Positions 40,755 through 51,724 of a stretch of DNA of 64,000 nucleotides are shown here, in pieces. Source of the DNA: a bacterium (lineage in GTDB: Bacteria > UBA10199 > 2-02-FULL-50-16 > JAJFLM01). Below the pieces are notes generated by a model. It worked only from the letters and a program-made list of their open reading frames with translations, was not told the DNA's origin and made no database searches. Every line of letters begins with the position of its first letter. Position 1 is the stretch's first letter. The stretch spans positions 1,152,001-1,216,000 of the forward strand of contig CBDCFN010000016.1 in the NCBI GenBank assembly GCA_965216315.1, written 5' to 3'. A program made the translations under genes and the position numbers.

Positions 40755-41401
40755 TGGATTTTCGCTTGGCCCGTCGGCGCATGGTTGAGGAGCAGCTGCG
40801 ATCCCGCGGTATCAACGATGCTCGGGTGCTGGCAGCGATGGAGGCTGTGCCCCGTGAGCATTTTGTGGCGCCTGGGCTCAAAGAACAGGCGTATGTCGAT
40901 CATCCGCTCAATATTGGGGATCGTCAGACCATTTCACAGCCCTTTATTGTGGCCTTGATGACGCAAGCGCTCGCATTGACGGGGCAGGAGAAAGTACTTG
41001 AGATTGGGACCGGGAGCGGTTACCAGACAGCCATTCTGCTTGAGTTGGCCCAGTCGGTCTATAGCGTGGAACGCATCAAGGCGATGAGCTATCAGGCGCG
41101 GAAAAAGCTCTACCAGTTAGGTTTTGATCAGTTTCATTTACGTGTCGGTGATGGAACCTTGGGTTGGCCGGAAGAGGCCCCGTTTGATGCAATTATTGTC
41201 ACGGCGGCAAGTCCTAACTTGCCACCGGCCTACGGGGAACAATTGGCGGAGGGCGGACGCTTGGTCGTTCCGATCGGCACTGTCGATGAACAGGAATTGA
41301 GGCTTTATCGGAAGACGAATGGAAAGCTGGAATGCAAAGTCCTGGGTCAATGTCGTTTCGTTAAGTTGATTGGTGAATATGGATGGCAAAACGTAGACTA
41401 A
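40754..41401 (+). CDS. pcm: Protein-L-isoaspartate O-methyltransferase
   Basis: QTISQP, VLEIGTGSGYQ, GDGTLGWPEEAPFDAI. Confidence 0.97.
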   Translation: MDFRLARRRMVEEQLRSRGINDARVLAAMEAVPREHFVAPGLKEQAYVDHPLNIGDRQTISQPFIVALMTQALALTGQEKVLEIGTGSGYQTAILLELAQSVYSVERIKAMSYQARKKLYQLGFDQFHLRVGDGTLGWPEEAPFDAIIVTAASPNLPPAYGEQLAEGGRLVVPIGTVDEQELRLYRKTNGKLECKVLGQCRFVKLIGEYGWQNVD

Positions 41402-42141
41402 AATATTTAGCGCAAGCGGTGGTTGTCGCGGTTTTCTTTATCGGCCTAACCGGCGCGACGTGCTCGGAAATTTATACGAGTAAGGGGACTTGGTATCGCG
41501 TGCAAAAAGGCGATTCCATTTCTCGCATCGCCCAGCGTTTCGGCACGACAACTCAATATGTCGCCGAGATGAATAATATCACCGATTCGAATCAACTGGT
41601 GACCGGACAACGGATTTATATTCCCAATGATCGCCGTTCCTATGCGAAAAAGAAAAAATCATCCAAGAAGAGCGCCGCTGCAAAAGGAAGTCCGGAAAGT
41701 AGCGATAAAATTATTGTCCAGCGGGGTAAGTTTAGCTGGCCGGTTGAAGGGGTGTTGACTTCAAAATACGGGATGCGGCGGGGCCGCAAGCACGATGGAA
41801 TTGATATCAGTGCGCCGAAGGGAACGCCGGTCAAGGCCGCTGGGAGCGGTGAGGTGGTTTTCTCATCACGTTTGCGGGGTTATGGAAATCTCATTCTCGT
41901 CAAACATGCGGGCGATTACTTTACGGTGTACGCGCATAACTCGCGCAACCTGAAGAAAAAGGGGCAGAAAGTCAAAAAGGGCGAGGTCATCGCGCGCGTT
42001 GGAACGACGGGTCGCGCGAGCGGCCCGCATGTCCATTTTGAGGTGCGCAAGGGGAGCCGTGCCCGCAATCCATTATTCTTTTTACCGAAAACGAAAAGTC
42101 GCATTGCGAAGGGGGATCGCGTCGGGACAGGAGGAACCTAG
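41383..42141 (+). CDS. LysM + M23 peptidase lipoprotein (NlpD-like)
   Basis: LysM (YRVQKGDS..RIA), HDGID, YAHN, GPHVHFE. Confidence 0.9.
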   Translation: MAKRRLKYLAQAVVVAVFFIGLTGATCSEIYTSKGTWYRVQKGDSISRIAQRFGTTTQYVAEMNNITDSNQLVTGQRIYIPNDRRSYAKKKKSSKKSAAAKGSPESSDKIIVQRGKFSWPVEGVLTSKYGMRRGRKHDGIDISAPKGTPVKAAGSGEVVFSSRLRGYGNLILVKHAGDYFTVYAHNSRNLKKKGQKVKKGEVIARVGTTGRASGPHVHFEVRKGSRARNPLFFLPKTKSRIAKGDRVGTGGT

Positions 42142-42663
42142 ATGGAGCTAACTCAACTAAAAGAAAAAATTCGCGATATTCCGGATTTTCCGAAACCCGG
42201 CATTGTCTTTAAAGATATTACGCCTCTGCTGGCCGATGTGGAGTCTTTTCAATCGGTGATTGATACATTTGCAAAACGTTACAGTGATAAAGGCGTTGAT
42301 GCGGTTGTCGGCGTTGAAGCGCGTGGGTTTATTTTTGGCAGTGCCTTAGCCTATCGGATCGATGCCGGTTTTATCCCGGTCCGTAAAAGCGGTAAATTGC
42401 CTCACCACACGCATCATGTGGAATATGCCCTCGAATATGGGACCGATAAAGTCGAAATGCACATCGACGCGCTCGAACCGCATCATCGTGTCGTGGTGAT
42501 CGATGACTTGCTGGCGACGGGTGGGACGGTCAAGGCCACCTGTGACCTCATCGAGAAGTTCGATTCTGAAATCATTGAATGCGGTTTTGTGGTCGAATTA
42601 GGCTTTCTCAACGGCCGCGAGCAACTCAAGGGTCGGGAGCTCTTTTCTTTAATCCAATATTAG
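42142..42663 (+). CDS. apt: Adenine phosphoribosyltransferase
   Basis: IPDFPKPGIVFKDITPLL, EARGF, DDLLATGGT. Confidence 0.97.
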   Translation: MELTQLKEKIRDIPDFPKPGIVFKDITPLLADVESFQSVIDTFAKRYSDKGVDAVVGVEARGFIFGSALAYRIDAGFIPVRKSGKLPHHTHHVEYALEYGTDKVEMHIDALEPHHRVVVIDDLLATGGTVKATCDLIEKFDSEIIECGFVVELGFLNGREQLKGRELFSLIQY

Positions 42664-42684
42664 CTTATCACTTAGTGGTAAATT

Positions 42685-42756
42685 GCCCTCGTAGCTCAGT
42701 GGATAGAGCATCGGCCTCCGAAGCCGGGAGCGCAGGTTCGATTCCTGCCGAGGGCG
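42685..42756 (+). tRNA. tRNA-Arg(CCG)
   Basis: GCCCTCG...CGAGGGC-G; anticodon loop CTCCGAA. Confidence 0.95.
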
Positions 42757-42766
42757 CAGTTATTGA

Positions 42767-42839
42767 GCCCCCGTAGCTCAGTGGATAGAGCACAGGATTC
42801 CTAATCCTGGTGCCGCAGGTTCGATTCCTGCCGGGGGCA
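42767..42839 (+). tRNA. tRNA-Arg(CCT)
   Basis: GCCCCCG...CGGGGGC-A; anticodon arm CAGGA-TTCCTAA-TCCTG. Confidence 0.95.
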
Positions 42840-42841
42840 CA

Positions 42842-43054
42842 TTATTTCTTCTTCCACTCGTAATATTCCTTAAATTCTTCATCGTCTTCATAGCGCTTAT
42901 CCCGGTATTTCTTGTGCAATTCAGGCTCGTAATAGCCCGGGTTCTCCTCGGTAATTTCGGTGGGCTCGGACGCGGTGGTCGGCTTGGGTTTCGAGCCTGG
43001 GCTGGCGCAAGAAATAACGGCCAGCATGATGATTATTGCCATAAAAATGCGCAT
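42842..43054 (-). CDS. Small putative lipoprotein
   Basis: Hydrophobic signal ending VISC (lipobox-like); charged C-terminus. Confidence 0.6.
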   Translation of the reverse strand: MRIFMAIIIMLAVISCASPGSKPKPTTASEPTEITEENPGYYEPELHKKYRDKRYEDDEEFKEYYEWKKK

Positions 43055-43104
43055 AGGAGCTGAATATCAGCCTTAGCCGGGGATGGCAATCTTAGACAAA
43101 CCTT

Positions 43105-43133
43105 TTGACTCCCTAGGGGCAAAATGGTACTTT
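43105..43133 (+). promoter_or_regulatory. Putative sigma70 promoter of ihfB
   Basis: TTGACT-N17-TACTTT with extended -10 TG. Confidence 0.55.
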
Positions 43134-43175
43134 ACCAATGATATTAATAGATTAGCAGTTTGAGGATGAATCCAG

Positions 43176-43505
43176 ATGAACAAATCGGAACTCATCGAAG
43201 TCGTCGCCGAGCGTGGAAGAATGACGAAAAAGAAGGCAGAAGATGTGGTCAATCTCATCTTCGACTCCATGGTCGATGCCATGAAAGAGGGAGACCGCAT
43301 TGAAATTCGCGGTTTCGGCAGCTTTGTCGTCAAGGAATATGGCTCTTATACCGGACGCAATCCCCGCACCGGAGAGTCGATAAAAGTCAGTCCTAAAAAA
43401 CTTCCCTTTTTCAAGGTCGGCAAAGAGCTCAAAGAGCGGGTGGATAGTGACGAGTCTGGCGCCGTGCCCGCGCAGCCAAGTTCAAGTGAAAGTGTTGTCA
43501 GTTAG
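43176..43505 (+). CDS. ihfB: Integration host factor beta / HU family
   Basis: MNKSELI, RIEIRGFGSF, GRNPRTG, PFFKVGKELKERV. Confidence 0.9.
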   Translation: MNKSELIEVVAERGRMTKKKAEDVVNLIFDSMVDAMKEGDRIEIRGFGSFVVKEYGSYTGRNPRTGESIKVSPKKLPFFKVGKELKERVDSDESGAVPAQPSSSESVVS

Positions 43506-43554
43506 TCCTGATACCGCTTGACCTTTTGCTGTCCCTGCCGTACATCGCGCCGCT

Positions 43555-44418
43555 GTGACTTGCTGTTTTTCCTCATCCGCTCCTGAATTTCCCCAGCAAC
43601 TCAAAGAGATTCCTTCCCCGCCAGCCGAGCTGTTCTGCCGCGGTGATGAAAATCTGCTCCAGTGGGAACCTAAAATCGCCGTCATTGGAACCCGCAATCC
43701 GACCGCCTATGGAATTGAACTCGGACGCGCGATTGCGGGCGACTTAGCGAAGGCGCAGGTCTGTGTGATTAGCGGGTTAGCTCTTGGTATCGATGCGGTG
43801 GCGCATGAGGCGGCACTGGATGCCGGCGGGAAGACCATTGCGGTGCTGGGTTCGGACATCGACCATATCACGCCGGCGCGGAACCGCGCCTTGGGAACAC
43901 GCATCATCGAGCAAGGCTTAGTCGTTTCGGAATATGGAAGCGGCTTAAAGACGCAGAGCTGGCATTTTGCCGCCCGTAATCGCCTCATCAGCGGACTCGC
44001 GCGCGCCGTCGTCATTATCGAGGCGGCCGAGCGGAGTGGCACCCTCATCACGGCGAAATGCGCCCTCGATCAGGGGCGTGAGGTCTTCGCCTTGCCGGGG
44101 CCCGCAAATGTGCGCCAGAGTGCCGGTACCCTCCAGTTATTGCGGGATGGGGCCCGCCTCATCCGCTCTGGAGAGGACATTTTGCAGGATTTAGGGCTCC
44201 GTTCCGCTGGTCAGTTGCCCTTTAGTGATGTAAATGCTTATAATCACAGCGGAAAACAGGACCCCTTATTAAAGTACTTCCTTAAGGGCCCTGTACATAT
44301 GGATGAATTGCTGGAAAAATCCGGTATGGAGCCTGCCGCTTTGAGCCAGAGCCTGCTTGGCTTGGAACTTGAGGGGCAGATACAACAGTTGCCAGGACAG
44401 CGTTTCGTGAGGAGTTAA
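43555..44418 (+). CDS. dprA: DNA-processing protein DprA (start uncertain)
   Basis: AVIGTR, SGLALGID..AH, F.ARNRLISGL, SGTLITA, GREVFALPG. Confidence 0.93.
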   Translation: MTCCFSSSAPEFPQQLKEIPSPPAELFCRGDENLLQWEPKIAVIGTRNPTAYGIELGRAIAGDLAKAQVCVISGLALGIDAVAHEAALDAGGKTIAVLGSDIDHITPARNRALGTRIIEQGLVVSEYGSGLKTQSWHFAARNRLISGLARAVVIIEAAERSGTLITAKCALDQGREVFALPGPANVRQSAGTLQLLRDGARLIRSGEDILQDLGLRSAGQLPFSDVNAYNHSGKQDPLLKYFLKGPVHMDELLEKSGMEPAALSQSLLGLELEGQIQQLPGQRFVRS

Positions 44419-44421
44419 TCA

Positions 44422-46713
44422 GTGGCCCATTCACTTGTCATTGTTGAGTCGCCGGCTAAGGCCAAGACGATCGGGAAGTATCTCGGCAAGGGATATCGCG
44501 TCAAAGCTTCGGTGGGGCATATTAAGGATCTTCCCAAGAGTAAATTGGGCGTCGACATCGAGGATGATTTTAAGCCGACTTATAAGGTGATCTCCGGCAA
44601 GAAGCAGACGATTACGGAGCTGAAAAAAGCGGCCGAAGGGGCCGAGCATATTTATCTCGCCCTCGACCCCGATCGCGAAGGGGAGGCGATCGCCTTTCAT
44701 CTGGCCGAAGAACTGTCGGCCAAGAAGAAAGGGCGCAAAAAAGCGGACGACGGGGAAGACAAGACCTTTGACGGGCGGATTCAACGCATCCTCTTTAACG
44801 AGATTACTAAAAAAGCGATTCAAGCCGCGGTCAAGGCCCCGAAGGCCTTAGATAAGCATCTCTATGAGGCCCAGCAAGCCCGCCGTATCCTGGATCGCCT
44901 CGTGGGTTATCAGTTGTCGCCGCTGCTCTGGGAAAAGGTCAGGCGCGGGTTGTCGGCCGGGCGCGTTCAGTCGGTTTCGCTCCGGATTATTTGCGAGCGG
45001 GAACGTGACATCAAGGCCTTTAACATCGAGGAGTATTGGTCGCTGCATGCCCAGTTAGAAGGAAGTCAGCAGCCGACCTTCGAGGCGAAGCTGGCGAAGA
45101 TCGATGGAAAAAAACCGGAGATCGGGGATGAGACGCTCGCCAAGGGTCTCGTCGATGAATTTAAGGCGCAGCCCTTTCTCCTGAAAGAGGTGGTGCGTAA
45201 AGAGCGCCGCCGCAAAGCCGCCCCTCCTTTTATAACGAGTACCTTGCAGCAGGAGGCCGCGCGTAAGCTGGGCTTTACGGCGAAACGGACGATGCGGGCC
45301 GCGCAGGGACTCTATGAAGGGGTTGATCTCGGCGACGAGGGTTCGGTGGGGCTGATTACGTATATGCGAACCGACTCAACCCGTATCTCGGATGATGCCT
45401 TGGCGGAGGCGCGCGACTTGATCAATAAAAAATATGGCGCGGACTATCTGCCGGAAAAGCCGAACGTTTATAAGAGTAAAAAAGGCTCCCAGGATGCGCA
45501 TGAGGCGGTCCGGCCGACGAGCGTGAATTATGAGCCGAGCCAAATAAAGGGGTTCTTGGAAAAAGACCAGTTCAAACTCTACGATCTGATTTGGAAGCGC
45601 TTTATGGCCTGTCAGATGGCCCATGCCGTGATGGACCAAACGAGTCTCGTCATCGAGGCCGGGCGGGGCGAATTCAGGGCCTCAGGGTCCGTGATTAAGT
45701 TTCCCGGTTTTCTGGCGATCTATCAGGAAGGCCGCGATGATGACAAAGAAGATGAAAACGAAACCAAAGACCAACTGCCGGATCTCAAAGACGGTGAGAC
45801 CTTAAAGCTGCTGGAATTGCGGCCCGACCAACATTTTACCGAACCCCCGCCGCGTTTCACCGAGGCCTCCTTGATTAAAGAGCTCGAAGAGAAGGGGATT
45901 GGGCGGCCGTCGACCTATGCCGCCATTCTATCGAATATTGTCGACCGCGAATATGTCCACAAAGAGGACAAGCGCTTGGCACCGACGGATCTCGGTTTTA
46001 TCGTCAATGACCTCCTGGTCGAGAATTTCCCGAACGTGATGAACGTCGAATTTACCGCCAAGATGGAGCAGGAGCTTGATGGGGTTGAAGAAGGCTCCTG
46101 CAATATGGTCGGGGCGGTACGCGATTTCTACGAGCCTTTCGAAAAGAATCTCGAGCGGGCCAAGGTGCACATGAAGAACATGAAGGCCCAGGAGATTGAA
46201 ACCGAAGTCGTCTGCGAAAAATGCGGTAAGCCCATGGTGATCAAATGGGGTCGCCGGGGTGAGTTCCTCGCCTGCACGGGTTATCCGGAGTGCCGTCATA
46301 CCTGTGAGTTTCAAAAGGACGATGAGGGCCGGGTCATTCCGATGAAGATGGAGGTGACCGGGGAATTCTGCGCGGAATGTGCGTCGCCGATGATATTAAA
46401 GAAAGGGCGTTACGGTTCGTTTCTCGCCTGTTCGCGTTATCCTGATTGCAAGGCGACCCGCTCGGTGAATATAGGCGTCGAATGTCCGCTTTGTGGCGGC
46501 AATGTCGTCGAGCGCCGGACTAAAAAAGGCAAAGTGTTCTTTGGCTGCAGCGCTTACCCCAAGTGTACGTTTGCCAGCTGGAGTAAACCCATCAACGAAA
46601 AGTGTCCGGATTGTAGCTCTCCTTATCTTATTGAGAAGGAAACGAAAAAAGACGGCCAGTACATCGCTTGTCCGGAAAAAGAATGTCCCTATCGTCGTGA
46701 GGTTCCGGCGTGA
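44422..46713 (+). CDS. topA: DNA topoisomerase I
   Basis: IVESPAKAKTI, DPDREGE, SAGRVQS, LITYMRTDS, C-terminal zinc ribbons. Confidence 0.98.
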   Translation: MAHSLVIVESPAKAKTIGKYLGKGYRVKASVGHIKDLPKSKLGVDIEDDFKPTYKVISGKKQTITELKKAAEGAEHIYLALDPDREGEAIAFHLAEELSAKKKGRKKADDGEDKTFDGRIQRILFNEITKKAIQAAVKAPKALDKHLYEAQQARRILDRLVGYQLSPLLWEKVRRGLSAGRVQSVSLRIICERERDIKAFNIEEYWSLHAQLEGSQQPTFEAKLAKIDGKKPEIGDETLAKGLVDEFKAQPFLLKEVVRKERRRKAAPPFITSTLQQEAARKLGFTAKRTMRAAQGLYEGVDLGDEGSVGLITYMRTDSTRISDDALAEARDLINKKYGADYLPEKPNVYKSKKGSQDAHEAVRPTSVNYEPSQIKGFLEKDQFKLYDLIWKRFMACQMAHAVMDQTSLVIEAGRGEFRASGSVIKFPGFLAIYQEGRDDDKEDENETKDQLPDLKDGETLKLLELRPDQHFTEPPPRFTEASLIKELEEKGIGRPSTYAAILSNIVDREYVHKEDKRLAPTDLGFIVNDLLVENFPNVMNVEFTAKMEQELDGVEEGSCNMVGAVRDFYEPFEKNLERAKVHMKNMKAQEIETEVVCEKCGKPMVIKWGRRGEFLACTGYPECRHTCEFQKDDEGRVIPMKMEVTGEFCAECASPMILKKGRYGSFLACSRYPDCKATRSVNIGVECPLCGGNVVERRTKKGKVFFGCSAYPKCTFASWSKPINEKCPDCSSPYLIEKETKKDGQYIACPEKECPYRREVPA

Positions 46714-47621
46714 GTCCCCCATTGGACCCGACCATCAAACAATTTTTGGAATGGCTGGAAAATGAGAAAAGAGCCTCGAAGCATACGGTGTCCAATTACC
46801 GGCGCGATCTGCGGCAATGGAAAACATTTCTGGAAGGTCGCTATCCGGATGCTATCAAGGCCGGCCAGATTATCCTGAAAAAAGTCAGCCCGGACATGAT
46901 CCGTGATTGGTTGGCGCATCTCTTTAGTGACCATCAGGCCTCGTCGATTGCGCGCAAGTTGGCTGCGGTGCGTTCGTTTTTTAAATTTCTATCGCGTCGT
47001 CATGGTTTGCCGGTTGATCCCGCGCAGCAAGTCAGTGCGCCCAAGCAGCCGAAAAAAATACCGGTGTTCTTAGGGGTTGATGACCTCCTGCACTTGTTGG
47101 CGAGTATCAAGACCGATACCTGGCTGGGCTTGCGGAACCGGGCCATCGTTGAAATGCTCTATTCTTCGGGCCTGCGGGTCGGCGAATTGGTCGGGCTCGG
47201 CCTTGCGGACATCGATTTTGAAGGGCACGTCCTGCGTGTCATGGGCAAGGGAAGTAAAGAACGCTTAGTGCCCTTTGGTAAGACGGCGAATGAAGCGCTG
47301 AAGGAATATATGTTGCAACGAACGGCGAAGGCTCAGGCCGGGGAAGAGGCTTTATTCATCAATAAATTGGGCAGACGCTTGACCGCGCGGAGTGTGGAGC
47401 GACTCATCGAGAAATTAAGGCGTGACGCCGGTCTCGCGGCGCGGGTCACGCCGCATACCTTGCGGCATAGTTTTGCCACCCATCTGCTCGATGGGGGCGC
47501 CGATTTGCGGAGTATTCAGGAGCTGTTGGGGCATGCCAATCTCTCGACAACCCAGAAGTACACGCATATTACGCTTGATCGATTGATGGAAGTGTACGAT
47601 AAAGCTCATCCTAAGGCCTAG
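46710..47621 (+). CDS. xerC: Tyrosine recombinase XerC
   Basis: GLRVGEL, GKGSKER, HTLRHSFATH, LGHA..STTQKY; topA-xerC-hslVU context. Confidence 0.93.
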   Translation: MSPPLDPTIKQFLEWLENEKRASKHTVSNYRRDLRQWKTFLEGRYPDAIKAGQIILKKVSPDMIRDWLAHLFSDHQASSIARKLAAVRSFFKFLSRRHGLPVDPAQQVSAPKQPKKIPVFLGVDDLLHLLASIKTDTWLGLRNRAIVEMLYSSGLRVGELVGLGLADIDFEGHVLRVMGKGSKERLVPFGKTANEALKEYMLQRTAKAQAGEEALFINKLGRRLTARSVERLIEKLRRDAGLAARVTPHTLRHSFATHLLDGGADLRSIQELLGHANLSTTQKYTHITLDRLMEVYDKAHPKA

Positions 47622-47693
47622 GGGCTCTAATTTGGTATTTTAGCGGGGCACCCCAGTATGGGTGCCCATTATTTTTTGTGGGTAGGATAACTT

Positions 47694-48239
47694 ATGGAAC
47701 ATAAAGACGGGATCTTTTACGGAACGACGATTCTGGCGGTGGCCCGCGACGGCAAGGTGGCCTTCGGTGGGGACGGACAGATCACGCTCTCGACAACGGT
47801 GATGAAAGAGAGTGCGGTGAAGATTCGTACGCTGCGCAACAAGAGCGTGCTCGCGGGCTTTGCCGGGTCGACGGCGGATGCCCTGACTTTGTTTGAGAAG
47901 TTTGAGGGCAAATTGGAAGAGTATAGTGGCAATCTCACCCGCGCGGCGGTCGAAATGGCGAAAGAATGGCGGACGGATAAATACTTGCGTCGCTTGGAAG
48001 CGCTCTTAGTCGTCGGTGATAAGACGCGCATCCTGACCTTGTCGGGGACCGGTGATGTCATCGAAACGGATGACGGACTGACGGCGATCGGCTCCGGCGG
48101 GCCTTATGCCCTCGCGGCGGCCCGGGCATTAGCCCAGAACACCAAGGATAGCGCGCGTGAAATCGTCGAAAAGGCGCTTAAGATAGCCGCGTCTATTTGC
48201 ATTTATACGAACGATCATCTGTCTATTGAGGAGTTATAA
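47694..48239 (+). CDS. hslV: ATP-dependent protease subunit HslV
   Basis: [28 protein letters not shown]. Confidence 0.97.
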   Translation: MEHKDGIFYGTTILAVARDGKVAFGGDGQITLSTTVMKESAVKIRTLRNKSVLAGFAGSTADALTLFEKFEGKLEEYSGNLTRAAVEMAKEWRTDKYLRRLEALLVVGDKTRILTLSGTGDVIETDDGLTAIGSGGPYALAAARALAQNTKDSAREIVEKALKIAASICIYTNDHLSIEEL

Positions 48240-48248
48240 AGAAGCATT

Positions 48249-49652
48249 ATGGAATCATTGACCCCTAAGGAAATTGTCGAGGCACTCAATAAATACATCG
48301 TCGGGCAGCACGATGCCAAACGCGCTGTCGCGATTGCCGTGCGTAATCGCTGGCGGAGACAGCGGCTTCCCGAGGAGCTGCGCGACGAAGTCGCCCCTAA
48401 GAACATCATGATGATCGGGCCGACCGGTGTCGGTAAGACCGAGATCGCACGGCGCCTGGCCAAGTTGGTGAATGCCCCCTTTATTAAGGTGGAGGCGGTT
48501 AAGTTTACCGAAGTGGGCTACATCGGCAAGGATGTGGAGAGTATGATTCGGGATCTCGTCGATCTGGCGGTTAAAATGGTGACGGAAGAAGAACAGGAGA
48601 CGGTCCGGTCCCGGGCCAAAGAAATGGCCGAGGAACGCGTCTTGGAATTGTTGGTTCCGGATGTTGCGGCGAAGCCGCAGGATTCGACGGATGTGTGGAC
48701 CGCGATACCGGGCGAAGGCATCCAGGCCCAGGAACCGGCCCCCGCGGAAGCCGACAAACCTTCATCGGTTAGTGATACCCGAGAAAAAATGCGGCAGCTG
48801 CTTCGGGATGGCAAGCTGGATAAACGCATGATCGAATTGGAGACGATGGCGAAGGCGACACCGGTTGTCGAAGTCGTTGGGGCCAGCGGCCTCGAGGAGA
48901 TGGGCCTCAATCTGCGGGAAATGTTCGGCAATATCATGCCGCGCAATAAGAAGCGGCGTAAGGTCAGCGTTCAAGAGGCCTTGAAGCTACTCGCGGAAGA
49001 AGAAGCCCAAAAATTGATCGATCAGGACCTGGTCATTAAAAAGGCGATCGATCTGACCGAACAGAGCGGCATCATCTTTCTGGACGAGATTGATAAGGTG
49101 GCGGCGCGGGATTCATCGGGCAAGGGTCCGGATGTTTCGAGGGAAGGCGTGCAGCGGGATATACTGCCGATCATTGAGGGCTCTACGGTCAATACCAAGT
49201 ACGGGATGGTCAAGACGGATCACATTCTATTCGTGGCCGCCGGCGCCTTTCATCTGACGAAGCCCTCCGACTTGATGCCGGAGCTGCAAGGACGCTTTCC
49301 GATTCGGGTCGAGTTGGATTCCTTGTCCAAAGAAGACTTTTTGACGATCTTAAAGGAGCCGCAAAACTCTTTAACCCGGCAGTATGTCGCCTTGCTCGGG
49401 ACCGAAGAGATCAAGCTTGAGTTTATGCCCGATGCCCTAGAGGAGATCGCTACTTTTTCAGCGCTTGTTAATGACCGAACGGAGAATATTGGGGCGCGGC
49501 GGCTTCACACGATTATGGAACACGTCGTCGAGGACATCAGTTATGATGCGCCGGACAAACAAGGCGAATCGATTCAAATCACGGCGGAGTATGTGAGGGA
49601 TCGCCTCAAGGAAGTCGTCGAAGACCAAGATCTCAGCAGGTATATACTATAG
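48249..49652 (+). CDS. hslU: ATP-dependent protease ATPase subunit HslU
   Basis: [37 protein letters not shown]. Confidence 0.98.
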   Translation: MESLTPKEIVEALNKYIVGQHDAKRAVAIAVRNRWRRQRLPEELRDEVAPKNIMMIGPTGVGKTEIARRLAKLVNAPFIKVEAVKFTEVGYIGKDVESMIRDLVDLAVKMVTEEEQETVRSRAKEMAEERVLELLVPDVAAKPQDSTDVWTAIPGEGIQAQEPAPAEADKPSSVSDTREKMRQLLRDGKLDKRMIELETMAKATPVVEVVGASGLEEMGLNLREMFGNIMPRNKKRRKVSVQEALKLLAEEEAQKLIDQDLVIKKAIDLTEQSGIIFLDEIDKVAARDSSGKGPDVSREGVQRDILPIIEGSTVNTKYGMVKTDHILFVAAGAFHLTKPSDLMPELQGRFPIRVELDSLSKEDFLTILKEPQNSLTRQYVALLGTEEIKLEFMPDALEEIATFSALVNDRTENIGARRLHTIMEHVVEDISYDAPDKQGESIQITAEYVRDRLKEVVEDQDLSRYIL

Positions 49653-49654
49653 TT

Positions 49655-50533
49655 ATGGACGATCCGATCAAAAGAGCCTCCGTTCTCATGGAAGCGCTGC
49701 CCTATATCAGGCGCTTTTATGGGAAGACCATCGTTGTGAAGTACGGTGGCAGTGGGATGATAACCGATGAGCTCAAGGAGAGCTTTGCGCGGGATATCAC
49801 CTTGCTCAAGTATATCGGCATGAACCCCGTCATCGTTCATGGCGGCGGGCCGCAGATCGGTTCGATGCTCAAAAAGATGGGGATCGAGAGCCGCTTTCAC
49901 GAGGGTATGCGGATCACCGACGAAGAAACAATGGACGTCGTCGAGATGGTCCTCGGTGGCAAGATCAATAAAGAGATTGTGTCCTTGATCAATCGACATG
50001 GGGGTAAGGCGGTCGGCTTGTCCGGTAAAGACGGCCAGTTGATCGTCGCGGAGAAAATTCCCGCGGAAAAAGTCCATAAAGAAGATAGTCCTCCGGAGTT
50101 GATCGACCTGGGCCGGGTCGGCAAGGTCAAGCATGTCAATCCGTCGGTGTTGGAAACATTAGATACCAAGAATTTTATTCCAGTCATCGCGCCGATCGGC
50201 GTCAGTGAGTCCGGTGAAACCCTCAATATTAACGCGGATTGGGTGGCCGGTGAAGTCGCCGGGGCGCTAAAGGCCGAAAAACTCTTGCTGATGACGGATG
50301 TGGCCGGGGTACAGGATGATAACAAGCAACTGATTCCGGTCTTGGAGCGAAAGCGCCTGGAAGAATTGCTCAATGACAATATTATTCAAGGGGGCATGCG
50401 GCCGAAGGTGAAGGCCGCCTTGTGTGCGCTAGAGAGCGGCACGCATTCCGCCCATATCATTGACGGGCGGGTTCAGCATGCCGTTCTATTGGAAATCCTT
50501 ACCGATGAAGGTGTAGGGACGATTGTAGAATAA
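49655..50533 (+). CDS. argB: Acetylglutamate kinase
   Basis: [24 protein letters not shown]. Confidence 0.97.
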   Translation: MDDPIKRASVLMEALPYIRRFYGKTIVVKYGGSGMITDELKESFARDITLLKYIGMNPVIVHGGGPQIGSMLKKMGIESRFHEGMRITDEETMDVVEMVLGGKINKEIVSLINRHGGKAVGLSGKDGQLIVAEKIPAEKVHKEDSPPELIDLGRVGKVKHVNPSVLETLDTKNFIPVIAPIGVSESGETLNINADWVAGEVAGALKAEKLLLMTDVAGVQDDNKQLIPVLERKRLEELLNDNIIQGGMRPKVKAALCALESGTHSAHIIDGRVQHAVLLEILTDEGVGTIVE

Positions 50534-51724
50534 ATGGATCTCGAGACCATAATCAGTACATCACAGCAGTATCTCATCGGGAACTATAAGCGCTTTCCGG
50601 TCGCCTGGAAAAAGGGCAAGGGAGTCTATCTCTGGGATACGACGGGGAAGAAATATCTCGATTTAGTCGCCGGCATTGCGGTCAATACCCTGGGCTATAA
50701 TCATCCGCGCATTGCCTATGTCCTGTCCAAGATGGCGACGCACCCGCTGCATGTCAGTAATCTCTATGAAATCGAAGAGCAGGCCGCGCTCGCCAAAAAG
50801 CTCGTTGATCTGAGTTTTGCCGCCAAGGCGTTCTTTTGTAACAGTGGCACGGAAGCGACCGAAGCCGCGGTCAAGGTCGCCCGCAAGTGGGGTAACGAGA
50901 AGGCAGACCAGCCGCGCAACGAAATCTTAACGACCTCCATGTCGTTTCACGGCCGGACGCTCAGTATGATCGCGGCCTCGGGGCAAGAAAAGCTGCGGAA
51001 GGGTTTCGATCCGATGCTGCCGGGGTTTCGTCACGTCCCTTATAATGATGCCACTGCCATGCGGGAAGCGGTCGGGCCCGAGACCTGTGCGATCATGGTC
51101 GAGCCGGTGCAGGGCGAGGGCGGCATCAATATTCCGGATCGGAATTATTTAAAGGAACTCAAGGATATCTGTCAGGAGCACCAACTGCTCTTGATCTTGG
51201 ATGAGGTGCAGAGTGGGATTGCCCGGACCGGGACGATGTTTGCCTACGAACAGTTTGGCGTCGTGCCGGATATTATCGCCTTAGCCAAGGGCCTGGGCGG
51301 CGGCGTACCGATCGGGGCGATGTTGGCCCGTGAATCCGTGGCGGAGAGCCTGACCCCGGGGTCCCATGGGAGTACCTTTGGGGGCAACCCGCTGGTGACG
51401 GCCGTGGCCACCGCGGTACTGGAGGCGATCGAGGAAGAAGATCTCGTGGAGCAGAGTGCGGAACTGGGGCAGTATTTCTTAAAATGCCTTAACGAGCTGC
51501 AGTCGCGCTATGATTTCTTACATGGCGCCCGGGGGATCGGGCAGATGCTGGCGATTGATATTGATCAGGAGGCACGCCCCGTTGTAGAAAAGTGTTTGGA
51601 AGAGGGCTTGATAATCAATGCCGTGCAGGCGCATACCTTGCGCTTTTTGCCGCCGCTCATCATCAATCGGAAGCAGATTGATGAGGGCATTGAAATTTTG
51701 GACTCGGTTTTTAAGGAATTGTAA
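50534..51724 (+). CDS. argD: Acetylornithine aminotransferase
   Basis: NSGTEA.E, FHGRT, EPVQGEGG, DEVQ.G, AKGLGGG. Confidence 0.95.
   Translation: MDLETIISTSQQYLIGNYKRFPVAWKKGKGVYLWDTTGKKYLDLVAGIAVNTLGYNHPRIAYVLSKMATHPLHVSNLYEIEEQAALAKKLVDLSFAAKAFFCNSGTEATEAAVKVARKWGNEKADQPRNEILTTSMSFHGRTLSMIAASGQEKLRKGFDPMLPGFRHVPYNDATAMREAVGPETCAIMVEPVQGEGGINIPDRNYLKELKDICQEHQLLLILDEVQSGIARTGTMFAYEQFGVVPDIIALAKGLGGGVPIGAMLARESVAESLTPGSHGSTFGGNPLVTAVATAVLEAIEEEDLVEQSAELGQYFLKCLNELQSRYDFLHGARGIGQMLAIDIDQEARPVVEKCLEEGLIINAVQAHTLRFLPPLIINRKQIDEGIEILDSVFKEL

Noticed and set aside
42579..42776. Short ORFs overlapping tRNA genes or antisense to core genes (also 32589-32825, 63754-63990 and many others)
   Set aside because: Shadow ORFs of tRNAs or well-supported CDSs, with no independent motif evidence
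42685..43054. Prophage or island integrated at the tRNA-Arg genes
   Set aside because: No integrase and no duplicated tRNA 3' end seen; core genes resume after one small ORF
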